From Sphacelaria rigidula (lineage: Eukaryota): 34,771 nucleotides of DNA. The translations under genes and the position numbers were made by a program. The DNA lies in contig CAXNAA020000024.1 in NCBI GenBank assembly GCA_964200075.2, positions 1-34,771 of the forward strand, in the 5' to 3' direction. Shown in pieces: positions 31,761-34,771 of this stretch (positions are counted from its first letter, which is position 1; each line of letters begins with the position of its first letter). The notes under the pieces were generated by a model that was not told the DNA's origin, ran no database searches, and saw nothing but the letters and a program-made list of their open reading frames with translations.

Positions 31761-33000
31761 AAACATCACCACTGTCAACACGCACGTGAAACAAACCACC
31801 GTCCGCCAAAGCGGCTTGACGAAACGTCGTAGGAAAAGAATGAACACCGTCGCCGATTGTTTTGCGCTGCGCGGTACGAATGGCATCCAGCGAGGGCAGC
31901 GAACCATCGGCATCACACGGGCTGGACACGGCAACAGAACGAACAGGCATGGTAGAAACCTTCACCAAGCGAGACAACAACTCCCCCCAACAGCTGTGCT
32001 CTTCAAGAATGTGTTCAACGACATGTCGACATTTGTGTTGGGCTCCCAGCAACTCCCACATGTCTTCTTGGCTTGGCATCACCCCCGGAGACTGTTCCAC
32101 TTGCGCGTTCGCCGCGTGATAGTCGGTGACCAAACGGACTATGTCCCTCTTCGGCACCGCCATCGCCGAGCTCGCCTACACAGCCTGAATATTATCAACC
32201 AACGAACCAAATGCCACCAAAGCTGCGATGCATGAGGCAAGCCACACGGTCTTCACCGGATCGCAGCGGCGAGGATTGGCCTTCACAGCCTCTTCCATCG
32301 GCTCCACACGCGCTGGCGGATCACCACGCAGCGCACGACAAAATGCATCCACGCGACGAGCCAAGATATCGCGCAGACGATGTGAGCCATCGGCGCTTCG
32401 GCCCTTCTGCTTGGCCTGCCGCACACTATCCTCAAGCGCACACTTTCCTAAACTTCTCTCCTTCGCTGGGTCCATGAACATGTTAGGCCCCCGATCGTCC
32501 AAGCGCTCCACCGCTTTATCAGCAAGAGCTTCATCCTCATTGGCGCTCTCGAATGACCGTATGGATACCATCACACCCCTTCCAGGGCGGTAACTGGGGT
32601 TTTCCACCCCGGTTTGCACCGGCACAGCACGCGGGCTTTACTTCTCCAACGCCAGCGGATATAGATCAAGTTCAAGTTCCTTCATCGTCGCCATCCCAAA
32701 TAGAACCACGTTGTCCCTACTGTGCATGACAGCGAACGTAATGGGCTGTACAGTTGCAGCCCCCCACGGCGTACGCACGCTAACAGCAATTGGCACCGTT
32801 TTGTGTGTAACCGTCACGGGAACACCCGTGGCGGTCTGTGCCGTCTGTGGTCCGATTTCGAACGGAATCTGAAGCTGAGCGCCGCCAAACTGCGAAGACA
32901 TCTGTTCTAACAACCCCACACCGATTGACGTGAGCGCGGACCCAGAATCCAGAATAACGCGGGCCATAAACGATTCTACGGAACCAGGCAAGGATAAATC
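31756..33000 (-). pseudogene. pol: gypsy protease and RT N-terminus fused by deletion to the RNase H end
   Basis: VILDSGSALTSI; AVPKR..VRLVTDY..N RT start; then directly HVVEHI..HSCWGELLSR (RNase H C-terminus). Confidence 0.9.
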
Positions 33001-34205
33001 TACGCGTAAATATTCAGCCTTGCGATCGACAGGTACCACGACTGCCGAAGAACCCTGTTCTATCCCAAGATTCACCTGACGCCAGGGCTGCCCTCCAGCA
33101 CTAGGCATCGATAACTGCAAATCGTCGGTCCAAGCAGACCAAGTCGCCGAATATGCAGACGACGCTGTTACAGCCGTCGCAGCCGTAGGAGATGCACCAG
33201 GCACGGATTCTGCCTGGCCGAGAGGTTGCGAACTATTCGCTCCAGCACTACCTGCCGAAGTATTTGCATTTCCCACGTAAACTGTCCTCCCCGCTACGGA
33301 CGAACCATAAGATCCAGAGTCACCACCCGATGACGTAGCGCAAGAAACAGCAGCGGAGGTACCACCATTCGCCGCCGATTTCTTGCTACGGTAGACGCCG
33401 CGCCCGCGTCCCTGATTGGCACGGCCCCGTCCACCATTACAACAGCCCCGAGATCCTGATGAATCTCGTGCATTGCCCTGTACCGCACCTTGAGCGCGAG
33501 GCTTGGGGCAGTCCTTAATCATATGTCCTGTGTCGCCGCAGTTGTAACACGCGCGAGTGGACGACTCTCGCGAAGACGGCTGCTGTTGCTGTTGCTGTTG
33601 CTGTTTGCGGCGCATACCACCTTCACTTGTTGCAGAGTCGCGCCGGGCATGTGCTTCATTGAACTTTCACTGGTCGGCCGCCTCAAATATATTTTTGAAC
33701 ACCATCATCGGGTTATTTTTCTAGCCGTCAACATACGTTAGTACACTTTTAACATACGCCTCGAATTCCGGGGGCGAAATCTCGTCCACCGAAGCTATGG
33801 AAACCGACTCGGCCGGGCCTGGCGACCAACTTCTGCCCTCCGCCCGGTACATGGCTTGAACCATCAGATTCTCTGCAAACAACCGTTCCATATCTGAACT
33901 GACGATCATAGCACGGTCCCTGATAGTTTCTCCCCCGTCTTGCTTCATCGTATGTACCCTACGCAGGTCTGCTGCAACCCGCGCAGTATCATGCTTGCCA
34001 CCGTTTGTAGTATACTTCGAAGTACCCGGCATGCTGCTTCACAGCATCAAGCAATTCATCGGGGGTCATAGCCCGACCATCCTTGTACATGCCTTCGAAG
34101 CAGCGGTGAATGTAGACAGGAATGAGTTGCCCTATGCTTACTCTTTCATGCCGTATCATCCCTTGTGAATTCGCAAGACCCCACCGCTGTATGTATTCAT
34201 AATAT
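33000..34205 (-). pseudogene. gag: gypsy gag with poly-Q and CCHC knuckle, N-terminus interrupted
   Basis: CYNCGDTGHMIKDC; YYEYIQR..LANSQGMIRHE and AVKQHAG align with B gag (YLEYKRR..HANAG..RHQ, AIKKHAG). Confidence 0.88.
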
Positions 34206-34771
34206 GAGTCATCCTACGATAGGGGGGGGGAGGATTTGACTTCACGAAAAAGGAGGCTATGCGTGTCAGACGACCTGCCACATTCGCGGTGCGCTTGTAC
34301 TTGGTTAAAAACGGTGTCAAGCAGTCTACATGAGTGTTGCTTATCTATAAGAAGCTCATTCGAACAACCGTTGCTGCTTTTAACGACGCTTTGGCTTGGA
34401 ACTTCGTGCAAGAAGTAGCCCGCAATACCCCCCACACACACACATCCCCCCTCACCTCTAGACTCTTGGATTGGCGTCAAGTGGCAACGGCGCTGTAAAA
34501 CGAGCCACCAAAACCTAGACAAATGTACAGACTGTCACAAAATAGAAAAGGTAACCTCCTTCTTATTTGGGCTACTATAACACTGCCCGGACATAGACAG
34601 AAAATAGAGAAGCTAACCCTCCTTTCTATTGAACCTACTGTAACACGGCCCGGACATAGACATGAAATAGAGAAGCTAACCCTCCTTTTTGTTTAACCTA
34701 CCATAACACAGCCCGGACATAGTCATGGAATAGTGACGCTAACACTCCTTTGTAATTTCCCTACTATAGAA
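34206..34771. mobile_element. unclassified insertion interrupting gypsy D gag, running off the window
   Basis: Begins with the same 24 bp as 24430, at the point where gag homology stops. Confidence 0.6.
34540..34771. repeat. 63-bp tandem repeat, at least 3.6 copies
   Basis: AATAGAGAAGCTAACCCTCCTTT...TAACAC.GCCCGGACATAG unit, in register at 34542, 34604, 34667 and 34730. Confidence 0.92.

Larger units (their letters stand above)
29830..34205 (-). mobile_element. Ty3/gypsy chromovirus-type element D, related to B; 5' end cut off by an insertion
   Basis: gag(CCHC)-protease-RT start-(deletion)-integrase-chromodomain, then GAGGGTGC and an LTR starting TGTAGCC. Peptides shared with B include ALRGDPPARVEPM, HFDFLYVG and WCKTLGVPRV. 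Confidence 0.93.

Noticed and set aside
32638-32640. Programmed read-through stop after the protease in gypsy D
   Set aside because: The homologous region of B is open here, so it is most likely a nonsense mutation.
34540-34771. CRISPR-like periodicity (also 20649-20818)
   Set aside because: Whole units are homologous, with no unique spacers; no cas genes; eukaryotic TE context.

Overview
Eukaryotic, gene-free, transposon-dense window of roughly balanced GC. I infer a brown alga or other stramenopile from the resemblance of the TE families; this was not checked against a database. I see no intact host gene, RNA gene or CRISPR array. From left to right it holds: (A) a Ty1/copia element with paired LTRs (220-4546, +) lacking protease and integrase; unclassified repeats (4.5-7.5 kb); (B) a Ty3/gypsy element with 241-bp LTRs and a CTAC TSD (7649-12485, +), missing most of RT/RNase H and carrying a probable solo LTR; a very degenerate LTR-like element that appears to contain a 2.8-kb inversion (13685-16478); two RTE-like LINE 3' fragments; (C) a disrupted copia element (~22.1-28.9 kb, -) with two nested insertions; and (D) a chromodomain-bearing gypsy (29830-34205, -) related to B. 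Several MITEs are also present. Most notable: a MITE inserted in-frame in the gypsy D integrase that reads GT...AG on the coding strand (introner-like); two CAC...GTG elements that share a GCTGAC target; a palindrome array inside one of them; an unclassified 24-bp terminus found twice; a shared non-standard PBS-like motif; and the microhomology-bounded inversion. All mismatch counts are by eye.
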